A stretch of 64,000 nucleotides of DNA from Salpingoeca rosetta (GCA_033442325.1 JAWQFM010000033.1:238973-302972); one strand, 5' to 3'. Counted from the first letter of the stretch, positions 28,959 through 42,623 are shown. Numbers and translations are program-made. The notes: generated from the letters alone by a model not told the origin.

Positions 28959-29716
28959 TGTAACATCCTCACATGGTGTGCTGCGTCTTTGCAGGGTTCG
29001 CTCGTTGGGGTGGGTGCTTCCTTCTTGGGTCTCTGTGTCCCAGTGTTATCCTTTGTTGTGTTGGTATTTCATCAACACACGGCACGTTGCATCCCCCCCC
29101 CTCTCCACCTCCTCTGTCTTCCCAGCGTCAGTAAAATACCCTTCGAGAACAATCTCGTGGCGTTGACCGCAAGAGCAGAACATGAACGAAACGCCCGATA
29201 ATGTCATCTTCGACCATCTTCGCTTCTTCAAAGGGGGAGATGGATTGCAAGCAACTTGCAATCAACGTGCGGCTTGCTTCTCGTCGCCTTGGTTTGCGTA
29301 ATTGCGAAGCACTCACTCCTTTGTGCTGGACACAAATGACGTCACACCCTTGCAAGGATTCTCACCGCTTGCACAAACGCAAACCAGAAACGAAGAAAGT
29401 GGTTCACCCACGAGGAGACACGCACACTGTGTATGGCACACACCCTACTCCTACTGCTCATCAGTATGTCACCGCTCACGACAATCGAAGATGGTGGTGG
29501 GAGTGCAGCTGTGCAAACACGGCACATGGTTGCGTGGTGCACGAAGATGTGTGACGTGACCAGCTCCGCCCTCCCCCACTCCAACACTAGCCACCTGCTT
29601 ACCTTGATTCATTTTTCTCAAGTGAGTAAGCAACCCACGTGCCTTCCTTCCCTGCAACGCCACTGGCGAGCACACGTTGACGACAAGGCAAGACAGACCA
29701 TCGCACCACACCCAGC

Positions 29717-32044
29717 ATGAGCATGGCCGAACCTCCGCTGGTGTATGTGTCGTTCAAGGACGACGAGGGCGGGGAAGCCGCATACGCGCTGCAGCAACGT
29801 CTGTTGCAAGACATTGCGACGCACCACCAACAGCACCAAGACCCGCGATGCCGACGTAGACCCAGCAGTGACTTCTGCGTCTCCCTCAGTCCATCCAACC
29901 GCAACCATGAGCTTCTCGCAGACGCTGCCAAGCTGTCCATCTCGCGTGCCGACCTCGTCGTTATCCTCACAACACCCACCTATGGTGCAGCAGACAGCGG
30001 AGCCCGCTTCAGCAGCCTGGATGAGCTCAGGTTCATCTACGGCACGAAGAAGACGTCCATCGTGCTTGTGCACATGTGCTCTGAGTTGCGTCACCCGTAC
30101 GCCCGCTGCCTGTTCCGTCTCATGGCACCCGCAGCCTCTGCGCTGATGTGGGTGCCAACAGCAGACCGCGGTGTGCACACACCGCCCGAGCAACTCGTGC
30201 ACACCATCCGCGGGCTCGCCCAACTCCACGCTAATATGGACCGCCAGCCCAACAGCAACACAGGCGCCATGGATGACCACTACGAGGAACGCGCGGGGAA
30301 CGTGGACCACGCGCTTGTGTCCGTTGAGGCCAGTGAGGATGACTGTAAAAGTGCTGATTCCCCTGATGATCCCGATGCAGACGTCGATGATGATGACGCC
30401 TTTGACAGCGACGACGTGTGTCATCCGACATTTCTCAACCGCTACACGTTGCGAGGGGTGCAGCCAGCTGCGCATCACCGCCGCAGCAGCGGGTACATCT
30501 CGGGTGGCCTGGTGGGCCACCAGGACAGCCACCCATTGCCCAGAATCACGTCCAGTGCGAGCGACACCCGAATCAACGAGGTCGTTGCACACGCAGAGCC
30601 CACAGCGCAGCTGATCGACACGTTGGAGGCGCTGAGGAAGAGCGTGGCCAACATCAACGACGTCATGAGCGAGTTGCATGAGCTCAACAACTGCATCCGC
30701 CGCCACGGCGCTGCGGTGCTGCCGCATCTCGTCGTGGACTACCCTTCCATTGACACCGTCACAGCCCTGATGCTGGTGCACCCGGGCCACCACGACCTGC
30801 AGCGTGTGTGCTGCTCCATTCTGCGTCACGTGGCTGCCTACCACCACCGCGCTGCCATCTACAGCAACGTCCCTCCACCGGCCCCCAACGACGCTGTGCA
30901 GCGTGTCCGCGGCATTCTGCATCGCGTGTTGCTTGAGTTCCCCGAGGTGTGCCTCACCGCCATGTGGACCTTTCAGGGCGACGCAAAGCTGCAGAAGCAC
31001 GCCTGCCAGACACTGGATGTTCTCGTGCACGCGCACGCCGACCACTGCAAGCGCGTGTTGCGTCACGGCGGTGTCTCTGCAGTTATCAGCGCTATGCAGA
31101 TGCACCCGCGCCAGCGTGGCATCCAGCGTGCATGCTGCCGGATCCTCACGCGACTGCTCCAGGGTGGTCACCTGACCGCATATGATGCGGTGGAAGACGG
31201 TGTGCTGGAAGTACTGCAGGAGACACTGCTGGCTTGCATCAGCAGCAGCAGCAGCAACAACAACAACAACAAAGGCCACGATGGCCATAGTCGTGGTGGA
31301 GAGGTAACTGTGCTCAGCGCTGTGTGCAGGTGCGTCGACGCATTGCTGCAAAGCGCGCATGCCAACGACGACGACAACAACAACAACAACAACAACGACG
31401 ACGACGACGACGACGGCAGTGACTGTGCCAGAGGTGGCGAATATGACAGTGACTTTGATGAGGACGGTAGTAGTGTTGGACGTGGTGTTGGACATGGTGA
31501 ACGTCACCAGAAGGGAACAGCTCACCCTCGGCATCGTCAACGTGGCGGACACCGGCAACTGATTGGCGGCGACTGGGCACGCGACACGGCCCTGGCGATG
31601 ATGAAGGCTGTGATGGCCATTGGTGATCCAAGCCGTCCTGACCACAACTACAGTGCAGGCGCTTGCGAGCGGCTGTGGCTCAACGCACTCTCCGCTGTCA
31701 CACGACTGCTGCCCCTTGCCCGACACCCCGCTGACAAGCACAACGACCGCGAAGGCGACGCTGGCCATCAAGGCGTTCGGCACCAGCAACAACAGCAAAA
31801 AGCACTAACAACGGAACACCAAGAGGGTCCGCAGCCAAACCAACAACAGCAACAACAACAACAAGATCACCACCTGCAGCGGCGCCAGCACCGCAGTCGC
31901 TCGGAGATCCATGGCGTTGTGCTCCACGATGACGTTGGTGCCGCTGCTCGACACATGGCGGCAATGGCGGTGCGGCACTTTGCCGACAGCATCAACACGG
32001 GCGTTCGGGACCGCGCATACGACGTGCTCAGGCGCCTGCATTAA
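29717..32044 (+). CDS. Intronless N-terminal TIR (TIR_2-like) domain + armadillo-repeat protein
   Basis: Single 775-aa ORF. The N-terminal LVYVSF...LVVILTTPTYG...FSSLDELRFI...IVLVHMC...W has a TIR beta-alpha pattern with a Glu (E103, 30023-30025) at the usual catalytic position. The C-terminal half has ARM-like repeats (ALMLVHPGHHDLQRVCCSIL; AMWTFQGDAKLQKHACQTLDVL; GGVSAVISAMQMHPRQRGIQRACCRIL). Confidence 0.8.
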   Translation: MSMAEPPLVYVSFKDDEGGEAAYALQQRLLQDIATHHQQHQDPRCRRRPSSDFCVSLSPSNRNHELLADAAKLSISRADLVVILTTPTYGAADSGARFSSLDELRFIYGTKKTSIVLVHMCSELRHPYARCLFRLMAPAASALMWVPTADRGVHTPPEQLVHTIRGLAQLHANMDRQPNSNTGAMDDHYEERAGNVDHALVSVEASEDDCKSADSPDDPDADVDDDDAFDSDDVCHPTFLNRYTLRGVQPAAHHRRSSGYISGGLVGHQDSHPLPRITSSASDTRINEVVAHAEPTAQLIDTLEALRKSVANINDVMSELHELNNCIRRHGAAVLPHLVVDYPSIDTVTALMLVHPGHHDLQRVCCSILRHVAAYHHRAAIYSNVPPPAPNDAVQRVRGILHRVLLEFPEVCLTAMWTFQGDAKLQKHACQTLDVLVHAHADHCKRVLRHGGVSAVISAMQMHPRQRGIQRACCRILTRLLQGGHLTAYDAVEDGVLEVLQETLLACISSSSSNNNNNKGHDGHSRGGEVTVLSAVCRCVDALLQSAHANDDDNNNNNNNDDDDDDGSDCARGGEYDSDFDEDGSSVGRGVGHGERHQKGTAHPRHRQRGGHRQLIGGDWARDTALAMMKAVMAIGDPSRPDHNYSAGACERLWLNALSAVTRLLPLARHPADKHNDREGDAGHQGVRHQQQQQKALTTEHQEGPQPNQQQQQQQQDHHLQRRQHRSRSEIHGVVLHDDVGAAARHMAAMAVRHFADSINTGVRDRAYDVLRRLH

Positions 32045-32460
32045 TCTTGGCAGAGTGGGACAAGTCGGGATAGGGGGGTATGGGGGGGTTGAGGGTTGCT
32101 TCAGTAGTTGATGTTGTTGGTGTTGTTGATGTTGCATCTTTGTCCTTATTACAAGTACACATGTGTAGCTGATTCGATGTTGTGTTCCAGCATAAATGAA
32201 CGAATGAATGGCACCTTGCCATACACACACAGATGTCATAGCGTGGCGAAAGAGGGAAAGGTGCTCCGCTTCTTGCAACTACTACAACTGCGCTGTGAGT
32301 GCTTGGCTGTTTGGAGACAAGAAAACAAGTACACGTTCGGTTCGAGCCCTTTGCCTGCTGACTGGGGAAGTCACGCCACTATTGTACTGCAGTTAAGACT
32401 TTCAAGCGCATGTCAGCAATGGAACGAAACGAATGTGCAAACGCCAACCAACAAACGTGT

Positions 32461-32710
32461 TCACTTCTGCCGAAGAATCACAGACATCAACCTGTCCACA
32501 GCGCTCTGGTGCTGCTGCTGCGGCTGTCGGTGTTGGTGGTGTGGGGGTGACGGGTATGGCGGGTGCGGTGCAATGCTGTTTGACTCAACGATGGCAGCAT
32601 CAGGTGCGGGTCGAGAAGCAACATTTTGCAGCAGCTGCTGTTGCTGCCGCTGCCACGCTTGTGCTGGCGGTGTGGCATTAATGGAGCCAGCAAGGAAACG
32701 TTGTTGCTGT

Positions 32711-32791
<81 letters not shown>

Positions 32792-34305
32792 ATGGTTGAA
32801 TGCGGTGCACCAGACAAGGAGTAGAGCAGCGATGATGACGATGAGGGTGCTGTGTATGACGGCTGCGGTGGCGGTGGCATTGGCATTGATGGTGGTGGTG
32901 GTGGTGGTGGTGGTGACTGCATCACAACATGTGATGATGGCTGTGTCGAGGAATAACCAGCAACGTTGGTAGTACCAACAGCATCGCTCGCTGGTGCAGG
33001 ATTCGCGTTTGGGGTGGATGCAATGACTGCAGCTCGTGTCCCACTCATTGGGACCGACATCGTGACTGCTGTTGCTGCTGTTGCTGCTGTCGTTGCTGTG
33101 GCCGGCTGAGTGGTAGCTGGTTGCGGTGTGAGTGCAGGAGGTGGCGGCGGCAGTGCAGAAGAAGAAGAACATGATGACGATGATGACGATGTTGGGGAGA
33201 AGGCCTTCCCCGCTGCTGACGACAATGGTGCTGGACCTGTGATTGTTGTGGGTGCCGGCAACGACTTCGATAGCGATGCTGCTGCAACTGCTGATGGCGG
33301 TGGCGGCGGTGCCTTGTTGGAGCCCATGGCTGCACTTGCTGCACTCACTGCGTTTGATGACGATGAAGATGATGACGCCGCTGCTGTCGATGGTGCTGAT
33401 GGTGGCGGCGGTGGTCGTGGCTTTGGTGGTCCAAACTTCACCTTCAGCACGTATCGCATCTTAATGCGCGAGCGATCGTACACCTGACGTGAAACAGAAG
33501 GGAGACAGAGGCGAGGGGGGCGTCAGCGGTGATGTGATGTGAGGTGATGAGTGTGATGTGACATTGCACAAACAGCACTACCGCTGATTGACAGACAGAC
33601 AGGCAAGGGTGCAAGCAAGCACTCAACAGTAACATCAGCAAGCAATCCAGCGTACCAACACACATCATCATCACAGCCACAGCAAACCACCACCACCACC
33701 ACAATCATCATCACTACCACCACCACTATCAGCACCAATTGTCATGAATTGTCACCGCACCACAAACTCGTCGTAGAGCAGCGCGCCGCCATCTGCCGCG
33801 GGATTTGAAATCGGTTTTCCCAGCGGCACTTGCACTCCGTCATCCAGCACCACTGCACAAGCGTTGTGTTTTGTGTATTTGTGCATGTGTTTTGTGTATT
33901 TGTGCATGTGTGTGTGTGTGTGTATGTGTGTGTGTGTGAGTTTGGTTGACAATGGATGCAAAATGGAGAAACAGTACAATCACGCGCGCCTCATGTGCAC
34001 ACTACCGCTGCCACTGCTGTTGTTGTACCTGTTTCATTGGGATTTGGTGTTGTTCTGCCAATTCCCCATGTGCTGTCCTTCTCCGCTTTCTTGCACTCCC
34101 GCATTGCATGGTAGTCAGCATGCAAGCTGTCATGGTGTGTGTGTGTGTGTGCATGTGTTTGAGCGAGAGAGAGAGAGAGAGTGTGTGTGTGTGTGTGTGT
34201 GTGCGTGCGCGTGTGTGAGTGGATGTTGGTTCATGGACACATGTGAATGTGGCATTGGATGCACAGGCGGAAGATAGAGCGGTTGTGTAAACTACACGAT
34301 AACAT

Positions 34306-34366
<61 letters not shown>

Positions 34367-34976
34367 ATCACACCTCTTCACACCCCTACCCCACCTCTCG
34401 TGCATATCGCCGAGAGCGACTTCGCAGAGGACGAGGATGCCGTGTTTCCCGTTTGCCGCCATGCAGTAGTTGGCACTCTTCGACACCATCGACGCAAAGT
34501 ACACGCCTGAGGATTGTTGTGTGTGTGTGTGTGTGTTTGTGTGTGTGTTTGCACGTGTGTTTGTGTGTGTGTGTGTGTTTGCACGTGTGTGTGTGTGTGT
34601 GTTTACACGTGTGTGTGTGTGTGTGTCGTGTGTTGTTAGTGTGTTGTAGTTGTTGAAGGGGTATGAGGAGGCATGTGTAATGCGATGAGTACAGTGGGTA
34701 ATTGAGCACGTATAGTTGTGTGCAGGTTGAGAGAAGCGCCACAGCAAGGTTGAGATAAAACCATTCCAAGGAAGGGCATTTGCACCTCACCTTTTCCAAA
34801 CACTGACGAAATGGGCGGTGATTGAAGATCAAGCGTTGAAAAATATTGGTTGTGGTGATTGTATGATTGTGGTGAGGTACAGGGAATGCGGGCAAAGCGG
34901 GTAAAGAAGCAAGCAACACACGCGCACCACGCAATGAAACAGCACGTGGCGTGGACTTGAGCGCGTGTGCGCGTTG

Positions 34977-35040
<64 letters not shown>

Positions 35041-35177
35041 CTTACTCTGGGGGGGATGACAAGCGGAGTGGAGTAAAGGATTGGAACAACAGGAGAGCGC
35101 AGTGCGAGCTCATTGTGAGCACATTGTGAGCAGACAGGGCGCTGTCACAGATACGCACACACACACACACACAAGCA

Positions 35178-35233
<56 letters not shown>

Positions 35234-35323
35234 CGCATATGCACAGCTGCCACATGTCAAACATGACCAGCGTACATATCCCGTCGCGGGCGCCTCTGGC
35301 GGTGCGATGCGAAGACCTAATTG

Positions 35324-35400
<77 letters not shown>

Positions 35401-36537
35401 CAGGTGTGTGAGTGCTCACGTTCATCACGAACAAGACCATCACACGCACGTACACATACACCTACGTGCACACTCGTACACGCACTCATTCACACGCACA
35501 CAACCCTCCACTCCCCCGTTCTTGAGCGTTGCCTGACCTTGGGAGAGGATGCTGACCCAGTTGGTGAGCGGAGATCCGTGCCACAGCAGTCGCCTGTTTG
35601 TACACGTTTTAAAACGCTCAAATGCCTCTTCTTCACTCTGACGCGACACGCGGAATGCGCTTGCAATCTCGAGGCTGTAGCAGCTGTGCGTCGCCGCGTG
35701 CGTGTTCTGCACGTACTTGCGCAACATTGCCATCTCGTCCGACGCGTTGGGCACAGTCTCCAATGAGCACTGGAGTGTTGCGTAATTGGCGTCAACGGGG
35801 TGCACGCTGTGGTCCTCATCGCCTTCTTGCATCAGTTTGTTTGCGTGCTCAATCTCCAACAGCTGCTCCAGCACATCCAACTTGCCCTTCAGCCGCGAGC
35901 GCGAGCTATCAGTGGCGGTGTGGTGGTGACGTGGGGAATGTGGGGCGGCAGGTGGTGGTTTGAGTGGTGGTGTGATGATGAATGAGCCGGTGTAGTTGAA
36001 AGAGTACGGACAGTTGCACACACGCACCAGAAAATATACGAACACACACATTCACACACACACACATTCACACACACACACACACACATTCACACACACA
36101 CATTCACACACACACATTCACACACACACATTCACACACACATACACACACATATATACACATACACACACACGTGCATAGACGAACTTGATGACGGGCG
36201 GGGCCTCCCATCCCTTGAAATCGTGCGGGATTGCGGTGTAGAAGCGGGATGTTGCATCAGTCAACAGCACATACTCGTGCTGTGAATTCAGCACCGGCCG
36301 CTTCCCACTGATGATGTCGTGAATTTCCTTCAGAATGGCGTAACCCTGCACGGAGATGCGATGATGACGATTGGGATGGGCGGCGACAGTGGCGGATTGA
36401 TGGTGAGCTTGGCAACAGTACCAGCGGTGGTACGACAACAGCGCGTGTCAACGGCACACGCAAACACGCACGCATGTATGCAGACACATGTGTACAACGC
36501 GCACGCACATTTGCACACACGCGCGCGCGCACGCACG

Positions 36538-36568
<31 letters not shown>

Positions 36569-37125
36569 GGACGCACGCACACACATACACACGCACACAC
36601 ACATGCACACACACACACGCACACACACACACGCACGCACACACACGCACGCACACGCACACACACACACACACGCACACACGCACACACGCACGCACAC
36701 ACGCACACACGCACACACGCACACACGCACACACGCACACACACACACGCACACACACACACACACCTGCTTGATCTGGCGATCTGAAATGGAACCGAGC
36801 GGCATTTTCTTGATGTCGATGTTTGCGTCCTCCATCGATTTCCGAAACATTTTCTTGTTGAAGATGAGTTTCACAAAGGATCGCAGCTCGGGCGCCAGCT
36901 GGCAAAGCCACGGAAACGGAGAAACAACACACGATGATAGCATAGCATAGCGGTGCGCATGGTGGGTGGGGTGTCATGGTGAGCAACGTGCAACATTGTG
37001 AATGTGATCACCATCCACACAAGATGCTCTTGCATTGCAACACGAACATGGCACAGCGAGAACCAGAGTCACACAGGGCACAACGCACACCGAGGTAGCA
37101 CAAATGAACAAACGTCCACCTCCCA

Positions 37126-37157
<32 letters not shown>

Positions 37158-37820
37158 ACATACACAACACAACACAACACACACACACCACATACACACA
37201 CCACATACACAACACAACACAACACACACACACCACATACACAACGCAACACCTTTGAAGGGATAGTGGCTGCGCGTTTGTCCGCGTGAATGCGCTTCTT
37301 GTTCGCTGCATCCAAATCAACACCACGCGACTGCCCTTCCAGCTCAACCATGTTGTAGTGCCCGGGCTGCTGCTCAAACGAATCCACTTTCGCCCACGAC
37401 CACCCCGTCTGCTTTTTGAATTTCGCGGCAAAGGCCTTTGAAACAGGGTGGCGAGTGGTGTGGTGAGTGGTCGTGTTGGTCGTGGTGGTGGTGGTGGTGG
37501 TTGTGGTGGTTGTGGTGGCGTGGTTGTTGATGAATGAGTCGCGAAATGGTATGCCAAAGGATATTCACATTATGCGCACACGCTTGCACGTCCACACCCA
37601 TAGCATGCAAGCACCACCAGTCACACAGATTCAACTCACTGTAATGGCAGCGTCGATGCTTGCGTAGCACTGGTGAGAGTACGACAGGAAATCTATAACA
37701 CACATGCACGCATCCACAGGAAAATGGAGGTGTGATGTGTGGTGGTTTGACGTGATGTGAGATTGCGTGCAAACGGTGCAATGCAAATCATATGCAAAGT
37801 CGCAATTTCACAGCGCAACG

Positions 37821-37889
<69 letters not shown>

Positions 37890-40654
37890 CACACACACAG
37901 AGCATGACACCACAACTGACGCCAACACGGCCCATTGCAACCTCAACGATAACTCACACCTCACCAACTGGCACACCAAGTCATACAATACAGCATCACC
38001 ACACAGCACCTCACCTCACCAACAACCACAACACTCCATGACTGCGATCGAACGCACCGTATCGCTTGCTGTGGTACATGCTGCTCTTTCGAATTCGCAT
38101 CACGCCAGAATCGTCGCCAACGCGGCCCCAGCGGCAGAACACAAAGTAGTTCATGCCGTCTGACGTCAGCTGTAGAACTGCGCACACATACATACATACA
38201 TACATACATACATACATACATACATACATACATACATACATACATACATACATACATACATACATACATACATACATACATACATACATACACACAGCGT
38301 TCAGCACACACAACATGCACACACGCATACAACGTGTAGTGCGCGCACACACGCACAGCACAGAAGCGAAGGTTGTGAAATAATACAGTGAGTGGTGGAA
38401 GGACAAGGCACTGGGTGTGTCATGCGTATGCAGTGTGGTTGTGATCCACACAGCGAAACAAGAAGCGACAACAGGCACGCTCACAACAACAACGAACGAA
38501 TACAAACACGCCACAATATAAGCACCACCACCACCACCACCACCACCACCACCACCAGCAGCAGCAGCAGCACCATGAGCAGCAACAGTTAACGCACTGT
38601 AGAAGACGTTGAGCCCCGTTGACACGTCTGACTTGTTTAGCATGACGTTGTATGCGAGGTTTCTGTCGTCAACATACACGACTCTGCCCGGTGCAAACTT
38701 GTCCACACGCAGCAGCTGCGAACCAGCAGCGATGGGCGGCTGTTGCAGAGTGTCATCGTGAACAAAGACACGATTGTGTGTGCATGTGTGTGTGCATGCG
38801 TGTGTGTGCGTGCATGCGTGTGTGCATGCATGTGTGCATGCGTGTGTGCATGTGTGCATGCGTGTGTGCATGCGTGCGTGTGTGCGGCATGTTGTGGGGT
38901 GGGTTGGCAGGGTGACCGGAAGAAGAAGCAGCAAGAGAGAGCAGGCAATCGGTGACATGGATAATTGGGCGTGCTTGTGCTGTGTTGTGACACAAAACAC
39001 AGATGGGAGTCATGTAACCATAATACCATGGACAGGTTGAGGCTTGGGCAAAAGCGATGACATGTGTCGAGCATGCACCCTTGTTCTGTTCGTTCGTACC
39101 CGCTTTGCACGCTTTGCTTGCCTGTCATCACTCTCTTCCTCCGCCTTTCGCTTCGCGCGTGCCTCACGCTCAAGCAGCGCCTGGAAACACGCGTATGCAT
39201 CAATGCGGGTGTGTTCGTGTGAATGAGGGTGTGTTTACGAGTGTGTGTGTGTGCGCGTGTGTGTGCGCGTGTGTGACGCACCACGCGGGTTTGTTGTTGT
39301 TGAGAGTAGACGTAAATGCGTTCACATTCTCACACACACGCGCCCTTGTTGCCTTCATTCTTGCAAGCACATATCAATGTTACACACACTCACACATACA
39401 CACACCTTGATTGGTGGCAGCTTGCTTCCCGGCTTGCCAGCAATTCTGTAGCGCTGCTGATATTTCCGCTGCCGAAGCAACAGTCCACAGACTGCACTTT
39501 CATCGCAACCACCGTCACCGACACCATCTGAGGGCTTGTCGCCTTGCTCTTGTCCATCTTGCTGTTGATGTGTGCTGCGTTGTGGCTGAACGGCTGCCTT
39601 CTCCTCCTCCTCCTTTGCCTGCTCCCCATTCTCGTCTTGTTCCTTGCCTTCTTTCTCTTCCTCTTCCTGTTCCTTGTCCTTCCCCTCTTGTTCCTTCTTG
39701 TCCTTTTCCGCCTTCTTCCTCTTCTTCTGTTCTCGCTCTCGCTGCTTCTGCTGCTGTTGCCGCAGTTTCTCCAGTGCAGCAGCAGCCGTTTTACGTGCTG
39801 ACGCATCAACTTTCACAGCACGTTTCCCTTTCACGCCTTTCTCCTTCTTGACATGCGACCTGCCACCACTGCCAACACCTGCTGCTGTTGCTGCTGCCGC
39901 TGTTGTTGTTGGTGTTGCTGCTGCGGTTGCTGCTGGCTCCTGCTTGACGACAGGTTTCACGCCCCCGTTTGCCAATGCGTCATTGACCCCCTTCTCGCCT
40001 TGTTCTTCCCCTTCTTGCTTCTTCTTGTTCCGTGCTCTCTTCCTCCTCCTCCTCCTCCTCCTCCTCTTCCTTTTCTTCTTCTTCTTCATTGTGTCCTTTC
40101 TCACATCTGCTGTGTCCACTTGCGGCTGCTTTTCTGCGTCTCCGTCCATCCCACTCCCCATTTCCTCTGCCTTCCCATCATCACCCATCATCGTGCCGGT
40201 CTCCCCTTCCTTCCCTTGCTGCGCTTGTCCCCGTTCTGTCTTGTCCTCTTCTTGCTTTTGGTTTTGCTGTTGCTGCTGCTGCCTTTGGAGCTGCGCCGCC
40301 TTGCTCCTTGTCATCCTCGCCCCCGTCAACACTACGACTGCGGCATCACCATCATCGTCATTGTCATCACCACCATCACCGCTCGTTGTTGCTGCAGTGA
40401 TGGTGGCAGCGGTGCTGTGCTGGGCCGTGCTGTGAGTGGACACCACCTTCTTTGTCTTTTTCTTCGCATGGTCTTGCTCGTCATCTTGGTGGTCGTGATG
40501 CTGTTGTTGTTGCTGTTGGTGCGGGTCGTTTGCAGCTGCGGCTGCTGCTTCTGTGTCATGTTGGTGATGCTGCTGCATGTGTTGCTGGTAGCGTTGCTGC
40601 TGCTGCTGCTGTTCTTCCCCCGCTGCACCATCATCGTCATCATGATAATCATCA

Positions 40655-40688
<34 letters not shown>

Positions 40689-41180
40689 TGCTATGATCTT
40701 CGTTCTTTGCTCCGTGTGTGCGTGTGCACAGCTGCGTGATGAATTCCTCTCGCATAACCGCCACACCAGAGGAAAGCGCCTGCAAGGGGATGCATGTGTG
40801 TGTTTGTGTGAGTGTGTGCAAATTGTGATGCACTTGTGATGCGAGAATGCAAGTGTGATCTTACACTCACACACACACTCACACACCGAAACACACGCAC
40901 ACGCACACATACACACACACACAGTACACACCTCCTTCAGTGCTTGGGGGTGCTTGTCCTGTGGTTTGTTCAGCTCGCGCTGGCCAACGATGACGTGTGT
41001 GCACTTTCGCAGCGAAGACACAACAGCACCGCCGTGAGCTGTGATCACACCCTCAAACTCCTGATGATGAGAGATGGTGGTGGATGAAAGCGTTGCGTGA
41101 GAGTTGAAGGCTTGCGTGAGAGTTGAAGGGTTGTGCGTTGAAAGGAAAAGAGGTGGACACACGAGCACGTGAAGCTGTTA

Positions 41181-41246
<66 letters not shown>

Positions 41247-42540
41247 ATCACACACACACACCACAGCAACAAAGTGTAGCAAAACAAACGAGTGAATACA
41301 ATCACAGCGTGCTCATCTCCCCCCCCCCCCGCATCCTCAACCCTTCCATCCTTCCACCACCACAGTCACCATCGCACCTTGCGCGGGATAGCAAGGGCAC
41401 CAATGAGTTTGAAGGTCATCCCCATCAGCTCCATATTGGGTGGTACATCGTCTTCGTCCTCGTCCTCGCTCGGCACGCGGTGATCAAAGGCCGGGCCCTC
41501 AGGATGGCACTGGCGTGTTGGTGGTGGTGGTGGTGGTGGTGGTGGTGGTGGTGGTGGTGTGATAGCGTGTTGTGATGTGATTGGAGCGATGAGAGAGCTA
41601 CTGTTTACGCATGTGCATACAAGCAGGCACACACATGCACACGCACATATGCACGCACGTGCACACCTTACCTCGACGCGAACGAGAGATGACTTGTCTA
41701 TGGCGACGATGGCGGGAACCTGAACAGCACGTGCACGCAACGCAGGCATCAGAAAGGGGAGAGGGAATGGCAAATGCGGTCGTGTGTATGAAGAGGTAAT
41801 GAGAGATCCACGTTGCCAATGTGGAGCAGACAGAGTGAGGGCCTGACGGAAGAAGATCATACACACACGCACACACACACACAAACACACACACACACAC
41901 TCACACACTCACGCACACACACACGCACACACACACACGANNNNNNNNNNNNNNNNNNNNNNNNNNNNNNNNNNNNNNNNNNNNNNNNNNNNNNNNNNNN
42001 NNNNNNNNNNNNNNNNNNNNNNNNNNNNNNNNNNNNNNNNNNNNNNNNNNNNNNNNNNNNNNNNNNNNNNNNNNNNNNNNNNNNNNNNNNNNNNNNNNNN
42101 NNNNNNNNNNNNNNNNNNNNNNNNNNNNNNNNNNNNNNNNNNNNNNNNNNNNNNNNNNNNNNNNNNNNNNNNNNNNNNNNNNNNNNNNNNNNNNNNNNNN
42201 NNNNNNNNNNNNNNNNNNNNNNNNNNNNNNNNNNNNNNNNNNNNNNNNNNNNNNNNNNNNNNNNNNNNNNNNNNNNNNNNNNNNNNNNNNNNNNNNNNNN
42301 NNNNNNNNNNNNNNNNNNNNNNNNNNNNNNNNNNNNNNNNNNNNNNNNNNNNNNNNNNNNNNNNNNNNNNNNNNNNNNNNNNNNNNNNNNNNNNNNNNNN
42401 NNNNNNNNNNNNNNNNNNNNNNNNNNNNNNNNNNNNNNNNNNNNNNNNNNNNNNNNNNNNNNNNNNNNNNNNNNNNNNNNNNNNNNNNNNNNNNNNNNNN
42501 NNNNNNNNNNNNNNNNNACACACACACAAACACACACACA

Positions 42541-42623
<83 letters not shown>

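Noticed and set aside
29618-31798. 726-aa antisense ORF overlapping the TIR-ARM gene
   Set aside because: It is a shadow ORF in GC-rich coding sequence with no recognisable domain; the sense ORF has clear domains.
34791-35280. PARP as a frameshifted pseudogene
   Set aside because: All other exons and the H-Y-E triad are intact, and the apparent frameshift is resolved by a 1-nt exon with canonical splice signals.
41745-41843. Possible PARP exon GPHSVC... supplying the HxxC of the zinc finger
   Set aside because: The spacing to the CxxC would be too short, no good donor keeps phase with the next exon, and the adjacent gap makes it undecidable.
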